Origin: Octopus bimaculoides
Taxonomy: Eukaryota
DNA: 64,000 bases
Assembly (NCBI RefSeq): GCF_001194135.2
Contig: NC_068993.1
Coordinates: forward strand, 17,761,668 to 17,825,667
Reading direction: 5' to 3'
In this document: positions 37,097 to 48,941 of the stretch, piece after piece
How positions within the stretch are numbered: the stretch's first letter is position 1
How the letters are laid out: every line of letters begins with the position of its first letter
Program-made: the position numbers and the translations under genes
Notes under the pieces: model-generated
Databases searched by the model: none
Told to the model about the DNA's origin: nothing
The model's input: the letters and a program-made list of their open reading frames with translations, nothing else

Positions 37097-38279
37097 NNNN
37101 NNNNNNNNNNNNNNNNNNNNNNNNNNNNNNNNNNNNNNNNNNNNNNNNNNNNNNNNNNNNNNNNNNNNNNNNNNNNNNNNNNNNNNNNNNNNNNNNNNNN
37201 NNNNNNNNNNNNNNNNNNNNNNNNNNNNNNNNNNNNNNNNNNNNNNNNNNNNNNNNNNNNNNNNNNNNNNNNNNNNNNNNNNNNNNNNNNNNNNNNNNNN
37301 NNNNNNNNNNNNNNNNNNNNNNNNNNNNNNNNNNNNNNNNNNNNNNNNNNNNNNNNNNNNNNNNNNNNNNNNNNNNNNNNNNNNNNNNNNNNNNNNNNNN
37401 NNNNNNNNNNNNNNNNNNNNNNNNNNNNNNNNNNNNNNNNNNNNNNNNNNNNNNNNNNNNNNNNNNNNNNNNNNNNNNNNNNNNNNNNNNNNNNNNNNNN
37501 NNNNNNNNNNNNNNNNNNNNNNNNNNNNNNNNNNNNNNNNNNNNNNNNNNNNNNNNNNNNNNNNNNNNNNNNNNNNNNNNNNNNNNNNNNNNNNNNNNNN
37601 NNNNNNNNNNNNNNNNNNNNNNNNNNNNNNNNNNNNNNNNNTATATATTCAATCATATTTAAATAATGTTATCTCTATAACGCTAATGTATTTGTAGGGA
37701 CAATCTGTGTTTTTAAACAGGTCACAACAGTTATTAGCCAATCTAACTGTTTTAAGTAGATTTTTATTGATTCAAGCAAAACAAATTTATGTCCTTTCTT
37801 TTAGGCTTGTGAGAAGAAATCAGTTTATTGAATTTTCTATGATCATATGACCATAATTAAAGGTCTATTTTTAGACTTACAACAATGTCCACACAATAAT
37901 TCATTATAATATCTGTTTTAGCACATTATTTGTTAGACTGCTTATATTTTACGTTGGTTACCAAATTTATTTCGCAAATTCAGTGTTGCTTTTATTTATT
38001 TAATCATTTATTTATTTTGAGGTGCTTTTTTTTTGCATTTAAATGTCATTTATTAAAGAAAAAAAAATTAAAGTAAACATTTGAAATAGCTCATTAGGAT
38101 ACTGTTGTCAGTCATGACCGAAACAAAAAGAAAAAATAATGAGCCGCTACGAAATATTATTTAATTTCATTTTAATGAGAAAGTATTATCAATGTGAAAC
38201 AGGTTTAGTAAGGAGAACAAACTGGATCCTGGGCTCCGTTCTTTTAAAGACAACAGCGACTACTACTACTAATAATAAT

Positions 38280-38494
38280 AATCTTTACTATAGGCACAAG
38301 GCCTGAAATTTGGTGGAAGGGGACTGGTCAATTACATCGGCCCCAGTACTCAACTAGTACTCAATTTATGGACTCCAAAAGGATGAAAGGCAAAGTTGAC
38401 CTCAACAGAGTTTAAACTCAGAACGTAAAGATGGATGAAGTGCTGCTGAGCATTTTGCCCAGCATGAAACAATTCAGCCAGCTCACCACCTTGA
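38280..38494 (-). mobile_element. SINE family D flanked by (AAT)n
   Basis: Reverse complement of family D. Further copies at about 28962-29150, 31440-31625, 32895-33085, 33611-33775, 38962-39050, 53535-53735 and 54900-55050. Confidence 0.75.
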
Positions 38495-38535
38495 TAATAA
38501 TAATAATAATAATAATAATAATTAATAAATAATAA

Positions 38536-38935
38536 TGAGCAAATATAAAGATCTTGAAATAGAAATGAGCAAAATATGGAATCTGAAGACTAAAACAATA
38601 CCTATTGTCATAGGTGCCCTGGGAATGACAGCGAAACGGGCTGATTACTACCTAGCTCAGATACCAGGAAACCCCAAAATGGCTGAAGTCAAAAGATAGT
38701 GCTCATGGGAACTGCCCATATCCTACGTAAAATACTGTCTATGTAATCTCAAATTTTAAAACAAACACATAATTTTCTTATGGTTTCTTAAACATTCACT
38801 AGAACAAAACTGTACAAATCCAAATATATGGTACCCTAGGCATAACACCTACATGAACTTCTAACTTGTCTCTTGAGGTCTCTGGGTGAGACTTGGATCC
38901 AACTTGTACAAATGCAAAGCAAAAGTCAAACATAA
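38536..38935 (+). mobile_element. 5'-truncated R4/Dong-clade non-LTR retrotransposon (C-terminus of restriction-like endonuclease region + 3' UTR) in (TAA)n
   Basis: SKYKDLEIEMSKIWNLKTKTIPIVIGALG...(frameshift)KIVLMGTAHILRKILSM* fits the R4-clade ORF end. (TAA)n on both flanks; Dong elements are known to target (TAA)n. Confidence 0.8.
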
Positions 38936-39051
38936 AATAATAATAATAATAATAATAATAATGGTGGGTTAAGGCCAACAGTATCAGGGTAGGGGGTTAA
39001 GTCAATTACACTGACTCTAGTGCTCAACTGATACTTTTTTTATTGATTGCA

Positions 39052-39590
39052 GAGTCACACTCTCATTACTGAAGATACAAGCTTTGTCATTGTTGGACAC
39101 TGACAGACTACCAATACATATATAAAAAGCATAGAAAAAATGTTTTCAAAAGTCATGGGGGCTGTACTGTTTGCTGATTCTATAAATGTGGTAATGGATG
39201 ATAGAGAATTCAAAATGGTGGTCAAATTTGTTGTTAAAAAGGAGGCTGATAATCATGTAGACTTCTTTCTACCAACCCAACTGCTAGACACCAGAGCTTT
39301 CGTGTGTCAATGCCTAGATAACCAAGACATTCAAGATATGGTAACTAACTGAAGGTATTTGTCTGGTTGTGCATCTCTGGATAGCTTCCAATAGATCAAT
39401 ATTCTGAACAAGAATGGGGTTCTAAGCTAGAGATGCAAACTGCAAGTATGGATACACAGCAATATATAACTTCACATAGATAGCCAGTGAGCAAATGAGT
39501 GATGCTTAGATACCTTCAGTGTTTTTGATGATTTGTAGATAAGCAGTTTGTCCAATGCAGATCATTGTTGACAGTAATGCCTAGGTCACT
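39052..39590 (-). mobile_element. Decayed CR1/L2-group LINE, reverse transcriptase C-terminal region
   Basis: Minus strand with frameshifts: LGITVNNDLHW, YPYLQFASLA*NPILVQNIDLLEAIQRCTTRQIP, LPYLECLGYLG. These align by eye to CR1 motifs DLGV..DL.W, PHLEYAS.VW.P, IDLLERVQRRATRLIP, LSYEERL..LG. Confidence 0.7.
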
Positions 39591-41206
39591 TTTGGTCTTT
39601 TATATTTTTCATATAAACAGGGTTTTATTTCTTTGGAGTACAAGGCATTCAACCAAGTTAAAACAAAAAGTAAAATATGAAAATGACTTTAAAAATTGAA
39701 GTATTTTAACAAGATTACTTAAACTGTTTAACTATTTAGGCCAGGAATTCTCGAAGTTTATCTTCCAATATACCCTTCTGTCATATCCAGCAGTGTTGGT
39801 GTACCCCTTGTGAAGAATATATTGTAAAATGGTTGGACAGCATAAACAGACAATGAATTATTTGTTATTAAGTATATTTGGTAGTCAAGACTTCCAAACA
39901 ACATATCTAACCCATTAGCATTTAAACTGGCCATATCCACCCCAAATATTCTTCCTGTTTTATACTCAGACTGGCCTGATCTGGCCTCTCATACCTACCC
40001 TACAGTGTCATTCTGAAAATATACCATTGCATCATCAAATTTTCAAAGATATAAGATAATGTATGATTAATTCAAAACAATAGGAATAAATAAGTAGTAC
40101 ATTTGACTCAGTAATCTGAATGCTAAAAGATTAACAAAGTTTTTTTCTTTCTATTTTATTTTTTTTTAATAAATACTATTTACTAAATCTAACAGCCCAC
40201 TATTGAAAAGTAGTTGGCTGTGGTTACTTCAAAATTCCAGTGTTTTTACATCTCATGTACCCCTGTATTTTCTCTTGCATAGCTCTTCGGATATATGTAT
40301 CTGTGCCCAGGTTTGAGAACCCTTGATTTAGACAGATATTCAGGAATCAGACTTTGTCATTATCATTGTGGTGTGTGTATTCTCCTTTCACAAGGAAATT
40401 AATTTTCCCTCTCATGATCCTGATTGAAACTACTTAACACACTGGAAACAGTATGTCTGGACATCGCCTTTCATGAAAACACAGTGTTTCATGGAGTGTG
40501 TGTGTGTGTGTGAATGATGCATGACCTGTCAGGTGTGTTTAGCATGTTGACCTTTCACTTTTGACACAGTGTGACACAACATGCAGCCAGTCTAAGGTAT
40601 AGCTCAAATAAAACATATCCAATGTGTACTTGACTTATAGATCATCTCTTTCCTGTAGGACTATTTCAGCAGGGTTTACTAGGTTATTCCACAGGAAACA
40701 ATATTGTGCATCTTATATTTTCAAGTATTTTGCATGAAAGGTAGACATCCTCATGTGTGTACTGATAAGCTACTGAAATATAACTTTTTATTAGCAAGCA
40801 GTTTAATGAGACACATGGGACAGAGAGTCACTGATGAAGTCACAGAATGTCTAACGAAAGAACTTTGATGAACAAATAAACTAAAATAAATTAATAATAA
40901 TAAAACTATATACATACATACATACATACATACATATATTTAACATCACCACTGCCATCATGGTTATTATTTAATGTCCATGTTCCACACTGACATAAGT
41001 TGGACGGTTTGACAGAATCCAGTGGGTCCAAGGACTGCATTGTGCTTCACTGCCTGCTTTGTGATTGTTTCTACAGCTGGATGCCCTTCCTAATGCCAAC
41101 CACCTTACAGTATGCTACTCTCTTTATACATACATATATATATATATATATATAATTTTTTTATATATTTATATATATACTTATACACACACACATACAT
41201 ATACAT

Positions 41207-41243
<37 letters not shown>

Positions 41244-41602
41244 ATAAAATAGAAAATTATGTAAAACCCCTAAACAATAATTATTCTATAAATAAATGAA
41301 ATTATACCAAACTACCGTCTAATTTTTGTAGCAAGTGAATCCTGACACAACAAAGAATTTTTGCGAGAATAGACAAGGTTAATTATTCTATTATGCAGAG
41401 TTGTTTTCAGCAGAAAATAAACTAGTTTTAATTCTAATTAATTTTCTTTGATCAATTCAATTAGTAGAGTAGATTGATTGAAATAATTTCCTTCTAGTGA
41501 ATAATTAATTGTTGTTTTGACATCAATGTCTTTATCTTCCAAGAAAGGAAACACACAAAAAAAAAAGAAAATTTTTTTCCCCTTCTGTTCATATTTTTTT
41601 TG

Positions 41603-41677
<75 letters not shown>

Positions 41678-42227
41678 CATTATTGGCTATACTGCTTAAT
41701 CTGAGAAATTTGATTTATGTATTATAGGCCCTGTTTTGACTAGTCAGTTTGGCAACTAATATTGGGTGATCTTCCCCCATACTTCATTCTACTTCTCTTC
41801 ATTTATTTTTTACTCATATGCATGCATGTGTGTGTGTGTGTGTGAGTGTGTGTGCGTGTGTGTGTGTGTGTGAGTGTGTGTGTGTGTGCACATGCATGTA
41901 TGCGTCTCTGTTGAAGTGAAAACACAATTATGGTCTATTTCCAAAACGTGCTCTCTGTGTCCTTTTGAGGTTTGGAATTTTTTAAATTCCTCAAGTTTGT
42001 TAATAACATCACTGTCTTTAGTCTCCCTCTCTTCATGTTCAAGACAAGATATGCTGAACCATCAAAACCTGACACCAGCACTCATTCTCCTCAATAAAAG
42101 CAAGCTGTGTATTGATTTATATGATTTTAACTATTTAAAAGTTTCCATGGTGCTTTCAAGCTCATGAAGCCACACATGTAACAATTTAGAATTGTTCAGT
42201 CTCTCTCTTTCTCTTCTCCCTCCCCTC

Positions 42228-42269
<42 letters not shown>

Positions 42270-44021
42270 ACTTGCCGAACTAATTAAATGATATTAATCA
42301 ATGAGTAATATTATTTTTTAATTAATTAATATTTATCATTGATTAATATTATTTCATTTTTCCTTGTCACTTAATTATTTCTAGTTAGCTTCTTTTTTTA
42401 TTTTTAATGCTAACTAGAAATTAACAGTAAACATATTTATTTGCTTGTGTAGCATTGAATAAAGGGACATTGTATATCCCTATTTGAAACATAAAATACA
42501 TTAATTTAAATTTATCATCATCACCACCACCACTCACATTTTCTCCTCCTCTTCCTACTACTCATTTTCTTGTACTCTCCTCTTCCTACTCCCCTTTTCC
42601 CACACCCCTTCTCCTACTCCCCTTCCTACACACACATGCATATACACACACATGCATACACAGACACACAGAAGCTTTTCTTAATTTCTTTTATCCATAT
42701 CCACTCTCAACGCTTTTGTTGGCCCAGAGCTTTAAAATAGAAGACATTTTACTGTACAGTGAGATTGAACTCAAACCCATGTGGTTGTAAAATGAACTTA
42801 ACAGCATATCTATGTCTGCCAATAGCCGTGTCTATGCCTTTGAAAAAAAAACAGAATCCATGCACTAGGATTGAACTCAAAGCCACATGGTTGTAACGTG
42901 AACTTCTTAACCACACAGCTATGTCTTTATCCATAGTCATGATCATGCCTTTTAAATAAATAAAAAGTTCATGTCGCATATAGACTGTCTTTAGTGTGTA
43001 ATAATGTTGAGGAATTCCATTTCATTTGGAAACAACTTGTCTAGACCATTTATAGAAAACTTTAAATATGCTATGCATCTGTCTGGTTTTAGCTGATAAT
43101 CATTGTTTGATGTTTGTATATTCACATTGATTCCATTCAATCTCTTATTATTTGTGATTTGTTTTATATTTAGTATTAATGCATTAATATCTTATACTTA
43201 GTTCAGTCTCATATTTTGTGGTTTGTTCTATAAACAGTTGTCTCTTATTATTTGTGGTTTGCTTTATATAAAATACATTAGTATCTTATATACTTTGTGG
43301 CTGGTTTGTCTTATAGTTGTGTTATTTTTGTGGGCTGTTTTATATTATAGTACGAGACCCATCAAGCCAAGCAGAATCACAGTTGTGACAGATACTGGTG
43401 TCATGGAAATTGGCACTTGTGCCAGTGGCACGTTGGCAGCTGTGCTGGTGGCACATAAAAACACCCATTGCACCCATTGCACCCATTGCACCCATTGCAC
43501 CCATTGCACTCCAGCTGTAGAAAACCATGCCAAATCAGACTGGAGTCTGGTGCAGCCTTCCAGCATGCCAGCCCGGTCAAATCGTCCAACCCATGCCAGC
43601 ATGAACAATGGACATTAAATGGTGATGATGATAGTCTTTTACTGTGGGCTATCCTGTATAATATGGCACTCTGTCAGTTATGACGATGAGGGCTCAAGTT
43701 GATCCAATCAGTGGACAGCTTGCTTATGAAATTAGCATGCAAGTGGCTGAGCACTCCACAGACATATGTACCCTTAATGTAGTTCTCGGGAAGATTCAGC
43801 ATGTGACAAGGCTGGGCCTTTGAATTACAGGCCACCACACATTTTTGCCAGCTGTGTGGACTGGAGCAACATGAAATAAAGTGTCTTGTTTAAGGACACA
43901 ATGTGTCACCAGGAATTGAACTCATGACATAACAATCGTGAGCTGAATACCCTAACCACTAAGCCATGCACCTTCACCCTGTATAGTATATTCATCTGTT
44001 ACTTGTGGATTTTTCTATATA

Positions 44022-45140
44022 CAGGGTGGGACAGAGGGGAGGAGCGTTTTTGAAAGATTCACAAAATCATAAAGTTTAACTGCAAACATTCTATTGATAT
44101 CAGTGTGTTCATACTGAATTAGCATTTGTCAAATCAAGTGTGGAAAACAACATCCATCATGTGGTGTCAATTTTCAATGATGCATTTCTGAAGGCGTTCT
44201 TGGAAGTTGGCCTCCACACTCTCCAGCATTGCTCTGTCAATTTGAGCGACATCCACGTGAATAGCTTCCTTCAAATCATCCAATGTATGGGGCTTATGTG
44301 CATACACATGTGACTTGAGGAGGCTTCCCCACAAGAAATAATCACACATGGACAAATCAGGGTACCAAGGGGGCCAAGGAATGTCAACAAACCTGGAAAT
44401 GAGGTGGTCACCGAAGAGAGGCCGAAGAATGTCCATTGATGTTCTGGCTGTGTGGGTTGTTGCCCCATCCTGCTGAAACCATACACGTCGAATAGGCATA
44501 CATCTTCATCGTAATTCGGGCACAAAGAAGTTGTTTATCATCTCAATGTAATGCTCAGAGTTCATAGTATTTCCATTATTGTCTTCAAAAAAGTAAGGAC
44601 CAATGACAGCAGCTTTTCCAACAGTACACCAGACCATCACTTTTGGGCTGTGCAGTGGTCTTTCATGCAGTTCTCTCAGATTTTCAAGAGCCCAATAACG
44701 ACAATTCTGTTGATTCACCATACGTTGAGATTAAAATGAGCTTCATCACTCATTAACAAAATCTGGTTGCCTCAAAAATTGCTTCCATCTGACGTGAGAA
44801 ATTAAGCCACTGCGCATAGTCCCATGGTTTCAACTGTTGCCCAATGACCAATTTGTATGGGTGGAAATGCAAGTCTTCATGCAAAATATGCCTTACCGAT
44901 CGATTACCAATGCCAAGTTCAGTGGAATGCCTCCAAGCAGAGTGATTCAGACTCCATACCAAAGCTTGTCTGACACGTTCCACATTTTTCAGGGTTCATA
45001 CCATTCATGGAGCCTCCACCAGTCTCCTATTCATTTAGTACCTCGTGTATGAAGGGCATTCACCCAACGTAAGAGTGTTTTGTTTTTTTTGCACCATTGG
45101 CACTATTGAGGTTGGCATGGAGCTCACATGTCTACAAAAT
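44022..45140 (-). mobile_element. Decayed Tc1/mariner transposon, rosa/Visitor (DD41D) type, 5' TIR not seen
   Basis: TA + CAGGGTG at the left end. ORF fragments LHFHPYKL, VNQQNCRYWA...LHSPKVMVWC...GPYFFE and QQDGATTH...WPPWYPDLSMCDYFLWG, with 41 residues between the 2nd and 3rd Asp. Confidence 0.85.
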
Positions 45141-45472
45141 ACCTGAGGAAGTAGTTGTGTGGGGGGTTCTTTGTTACATGAGGATGTAGCAGGGGATTTT
45201 TATGTTAGATGAGGGTTAATGTATAAAAGAAGAGATTGGAATAAAGCAGAACTACATAGTATCTCCAAAGAGATAAATAGTGTCCAGGTGGCACTTTGAA
45301 GTACAAGGTGGGTAGTTGTAAGTGGGGACAGAGAAGCTAGGAGAGTGGGAGGATTTTCAAGAGTGTATGGGGAGAGTGGAAGAGATAGAGGAAACGGGAG
45401 AGGAGGAGGGAGGCAGCGTCTGTAAAGATTGGGAAGAGTTGAATGGGTGGATAGAGAGAGAGTGATGGATGG

Positions 45473-45512
<40 letters not shown>

Positions 45513-46205
45513 GATAGATAGATATATGATGGCCTTCTTTCAGTTTCCATTTACCAAATTCACTCACAACTCTTTGATCAGCCTGAGACTATAGTAGAAG
45601 AGGCTTGCCCAAGGTGCCATACAATGGAACCTAACTTTGACCCATGTAAGATTCTTACCACACATGCACATGTGTGCATATACATACACAGAGACACAGA
45701 TGTGTGTTTGAGTCATTTCTTATTTACTGTCCTCTAAGACAGATGAGAGTACCATGTTTCATCTGTACATTTCAGTTTGGCATTGTTTCTATTGCTGGAT
45801 ACACTTCCTAATACCAACTACTTTACAAAATTTGTCATGCATGTGTGTTAGTAGGGAGAGAAACATCGATGGATATATATATATATATATATATGCTTGT
45901 GATCAGAAGACAAAACATTTGAAACATAAATGCACACATTCAACAGAAAGTGAATGTATATCAAAGAATTATTAGCTCCTGAGGTTTGTTGTATACATAA
46001 ACAATGTATTATGATAAACATGTCATTTTTAATGATCCCCAAGGTTACTTTCGACTATGATATGGTGAAAACTTTCGTCACCACATTACTACTGAGTCAC
46101 ACTAACAAGTTGTCAATAAGTTCTGTTGTGTTGGGTTTTTTTTCCATACAGAATATTTCCATGTTTTGTTTATTGATTTTAAATAATACACAGTCTTGAT
46201 TCCAG

Positions 46206-46291
46206 GCAAGGAATGACCAAAATGTATGAAGAAATCAAAGCTTTTGTGAATCGAGTAGGTCTTAAACAGTCTCAGATAGCTGCCATGACAG
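46206..46291 (+). CDS. HMBOX1: HMBOX1-like exon, start of POU-like domain ((K)QGMTKMYEEIKAFVNRVGLKQSQIAAMTG)
   Basis: TTCCAG acceptor at 46205, GTAATA donor at 46292; 86 nt, phase 2 to 1, joins the previous exon in frame. EEIKAF...Q...TG matches HMBOX1 EEIKAFLANRRISQAVVAQVTG. Absent from the ORF track. Confidence 0.9.
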
Positions 46292-46581
46292 GTAATAAAC
46301 AACTTTTCAATTAATTCTTGTGTCGTTAATTATTGTTACTAGCTGTAATTTTTTTTATGTGCATTTTTAACAAGATAACTAATAACATAAATAGCTATCT
46401 ATTGATCTGTTTGTCTATCTTTATGTTCCTATCTATCTATCTAGCCATCCATCTGGCCGTCAGTCTATCTATTCATCTATTGATCTGTCTGGTGTTCTGT
46501 TTAACTGTCTTACTCTCTACATCTATCTATCTATGTATCTATCCATCTATCTATCTATATATATATATATGTGTGTGTGTG

Positions 46582-47468
46582 TAAGGTCTGATCAATAAGT
46601 ATCCGGACTGTTGCCATAGTAACAAAGCTAAAGCATGCAGAGTGAAGCCGCTTGGCACAGATTGACCTTGAACTCTGTTGTGCATATGCACTAAATTTTA
46701 ACATTCTAGCTCACTTCTGCTATTTACAGCAGTGCTTGGAAGGAAGATGTGTAGCATGTGATCATTGCATTGACCATGACAGAGAAAGTTGTCATGGCGA
46801 TACCTGCTCAGAGGCCAAGAAAGAATTTCAGAAAGTGTATGGAGAGGAATGTAAAGCCACACACAAGTGTACGAGTGGTTCAGATGTTTCCAAGATGGCC
46901 GAAAATTGTCAATATTGACGAACGTTCTTGGAGACCCACAACGGGCGGAAAACATCACTGACGTGCATGCAGCTATGAGGGAAAATTGTCGAATTACCAT
47001 CCATGAGTTATCAGAGGATGTGCAGATTAGTTCCGGTTCAGTTCAGTCCATTATCACTGAAAATATGGGTTTAAGACATGTGTCTGCCAAGGTTGTGCCA
47101 GAACTGCTTTCAGCTGACCAAAAAGACACTCGGGTTTCAGTTGCACAAGATCTCCTGGATTGTTTCAAGAACAATGAAAACTTTTTGAAAACTTTGTGTA
47201 GGCCTCTGAGCAGGTATCACCAAGTTTTTGTCAAAATCTGATGCAGCTTCTCTGCTCAGCTTTCTCTGTTGTGGTCATTGCAATGATCACATGCTACACA
47301 CCTTCCTTTCAAGCACTGCTGTAAACAACAGAAGTGAGCTAAAATGTTAAAAATTAGTGAGCATGCACTGCAGAATTCGAGGTCTATCTGTGCCAAGTGG
47401 CTTCACTCTCCATGCTTTAGATTCGTTACTGTAGCAACAGTCCAGATACTTATTGATCAGACCATGTA
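46582..47468 (+). mobile_element. Non-autonomous mariner derivative with about 250-bp inverted arms (two copies of the 5' end) around an N-terminal transposase fragment
   Basis: AGGTCTGATCAATAAGTATCCGGACTG... is mirrored at 47190-47466. The centre encodes YEWFRCFQDGR...RITIHELSEDVQIS.GSVQSII...SAKVVPELL...ENFLKTL (mariner HTH) and stops before the first catalytic Asp. Confidence 0.85.
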
Positions 47469-47494
47469 TATATATATATGTGTGTGTGTGTGTG

Positions 47495-47527
<33 letters not shown>

Positions 47528-48003
47528 TTATCTATCTGTCTGTCTAAATTGTATATGACTAATTAATAAAATGTCTAATTTTAATTTAACTTTGCTAATT
47601 TGAAATTATTTAACTCTTCCTTTCTCTCTTTCACCACTTAACTATATTTATGTGGGTATGTATAGGGGGGACGGGAATTAGATAATGTATAAGGTACAGA
47701 TATTTTATTAAATGTCTGGACAGGATATTACATTCAACTTAGTGAACTACCGAATAACTACCAAATCTGCATGCTGTGTGGTATTAACATTCCTCTATTG
47801 CTTAATGTTTTTGAATCCAAGGCAAGGATCACACACACACACACACATATGCATTTCTTACTTACTGTCTAAGACAAATCAGAGTACCATGTTTCATCTG
47901 TACATTCCAGTTTGGCATTGTTTCTAAGGCTGGATGCACTTCCTTATACCAACTACTTTACAAGAGTTGTCATATATGTGTGTTGAGAAAGAAACATAGA
48001 TGG

Positions 48004-48034
<31 letters not shown>

Positions 48035-48246
48035 TCAAAAAAATCCCTTCTCAAGCCATAGACTCATAAGGCTGGTTTCCTGAATTCTGTTGGGGTATAT
48101 ATTCCTACTCCAGAACAGGATGTTGATCCATTGCAAGATTATTCATTTTTGCCAGCTGAATGGACAGGAGCAATGTGAAATGAAGTGTTTTACTCAAGAA
48201 CACAGCGTGTTGCCCGGTCCAGGAATCGAAACCATAATCTTATGAT

Positions 48247-48311
48247 CATGAGTGCAACACATGAGTGCAACACATGAGTGCAACACATGAGTGCAACACA
48301 TGAGTGCAACA
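48247..48311. repeat. 13-bp tandem repeat (CATGAGTGCAACA)x5 inside a SINE head
   Basis: Five perfect units. Confidence 0.9.
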
Positions 48312-48866
48312 CACCATAACCACTTAGTCACATGCCCTTACATATACCTGCATACACACATACACATATACATGCATACATACATACACACATATATACA
48401 TACATGTATACATACATGCATGCGTACATACACACATACATATATGTATGTGTTCATTCATTTTATGTCCATTTTTCCATGTTAACATTGGTTGGGCAAA
48501 TATTGAGGCATTGTTTTGCAGACGAATGACCATGTGTGTGTTTGTGTGTAAGTGTATACATATATATGTATGCATGCACACACATACACACACACATTTT
48601 AATTAAGTACTGCCAGGTAATAAAATAATTTTCAATTCTTAATAATAGAGGGTTTCTTTTCCTTTGAACTGTGTCTCTTATTTAGTACCAGTCTGAGGAT
48701 TAAATGTTTTTAAGACTATTAAAGTGGTTTAATGATGACTTTATAGTATCGAATATAGTCTGGTGGTTCATTGGTCTGTCGTTCAACTACTATAAGGATC
48801 TTTTCGCATATCCGACTCTTTAAAATAGAGAAATATTTAGTAGCACCATCATCATCATTTAACATC

Positions 48867-48941
48867 CATACTGGCATTGGTTGTCCATACTGGCATTGGT
48901 TGTCCATACTGGCATTGGTTGTCCATACTGGCATTGGTTGG
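48867..48941. repeat. 19-bp tandem repeat (CCATACTGGCATTGGTTGT)x4 inside a family E tail
   Basis: Direct reading. Confidence 0.9.

Noticed and set aside
39140-39352. 70-aa plus-strand ORF
   Set aside because: Lies antisense to a decayed CR1-type LINE.
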